A stretch of DNA of 64,000 nucleotides from Blasia pusilla (lineage: Eukaryota), in NCBI GenBank assembly GCA_050084515.1, contig CM114271.1:42780001-42844000 (forward strand), in the 5' to 3' direction. Position numbers and translations under genes: made by a program. Under the pieces are notes generated by a model, which was not told the origin of the DNA, did no database searches, and worked only from the letters and a program-made list of their open reading frames with translations. Shown here in pieces: positions 63,191 through 64,000 of this stretch. Numbering within the stretch: position 1 is the stretch's first letter; each line of letters begins with the position of its first letter.

Positions 63191-64000
63191 ATTTGTTGTG
63201 CGCCTACTTCCTTGAACATCGGTCTCACTAATAAACATCCAAACACGCTCACATAAGCCTTGATTTGGATCAACGAGCCTTGTATCTCTGAAGTCTTGGT
63301 CTCAGGTCATCCTTCAAGCTCAACCGATCTAGGCGGGTTCAATTATCAACCCAACCCCTCACTCCCCAACATAGGCAAGTCTTTCAAGACCTTGCACAGA
63401 CTACCTTGATAGTTTAGGAACCTAAAAGGGTGCTTGTACGCCGGGCGGTCCTAATTTCCCAATTGACCTCGAACGAGTCTCTTACTAAGACTCAATATCT
63501 AAATGACGCGTCAAGGTCCAAGGTTGGTGTCCATAATTGGCCCATATGGACTTGGAATCCTATGCCCTTGGTTCATCCCGATGATTCCAAACGAAGGGTT
63601 CAAGTTCAAAACACTCTTGAAGACCCTTTCCCTTATATGTAGGTCTAAAGATCCCCACCTAGAGCCCGTCCCCATGGAGTGCACGACTGAAGGTCCCACT
63701 AGGCCTAGGCCAACAATCCTATAGGTTAGTCACATGAGACAACCACTTTCATCCAGTATCACAGGCGTGCTCTACCAATTTCTGACGTTTGGTTCTGATG
63801 GGGCTTAAAAAATGACTAGCTATAGTTCTTTTATTTCCCAAGGATTGTCCCTGATGTTTCTGTGTCGTAAATTTCTCAGCGCTTAAGGACCAAAGACCCA
63901 CCTATGGTTTGAGAAATGATAACTATTGATCGTACATCAGAAGGATCCCGTGATGATGGAATTTCTCCATGGGGACTTGCTCCTACTCCCTACCTTCAGG

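Noticed and set aside
63195-64000. Start of another LTR element (TGTTG at ~63195 interrupting the Copia remnant)
   Set aside because: No partner LTR, PBS or coding domain is visible within the window.

Overview
Eukaryotic, intron-rich, TE-dense DNA, most likely from a non-seed land plant (bryophyte or lycophyte-like; inferred from gene content, not proven). There are two host genes, arranged tail to tail. One is a 9-exon gene (+, 9991-14561) for a putative plastid protein with a peptidoglycan-binding domain, a TM segment and a coiled coil. The other is a 12-exon SMP/C2-domain gene (-, 33669-21691; NTMC2T6/At1g53590-like) whose 7th intron holds a very young Ty1/Copia element with identical 681-bp LTRs. 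The rest is mostly TE debris: Gypsy and Copia fragments, a P-element-like transposase, a Helitron and foldback repeats. The standout is a 10.3-kb Ty3/Gypsy-type element (45019-55333). Its pol carries a C5 cytosine methyltransferase between protease and RT, and a PHD finger after a DDE integrase. Its termini are not ordinary LTRs but split direct repeats, A1-[ORFs]-B1-gc-A2-B2, with a 4-bp TSD. The reverse-transcription signals (a G-tract before B1 and a self-priming PBS after A1) define the LTR as B+A. The TG/CA integration ends lie inside that LTR, at a palindromic CA-GC-TG junction. This suggests a DDE integrase that inserts a circular 2-LTR intermediate by cutting at an internal att site. 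Two further family members in the window fit this model: a solo A+B unit with a 4-bp TSD, and a fragment ending at B. All alignments were done by eye and no database searches were run.
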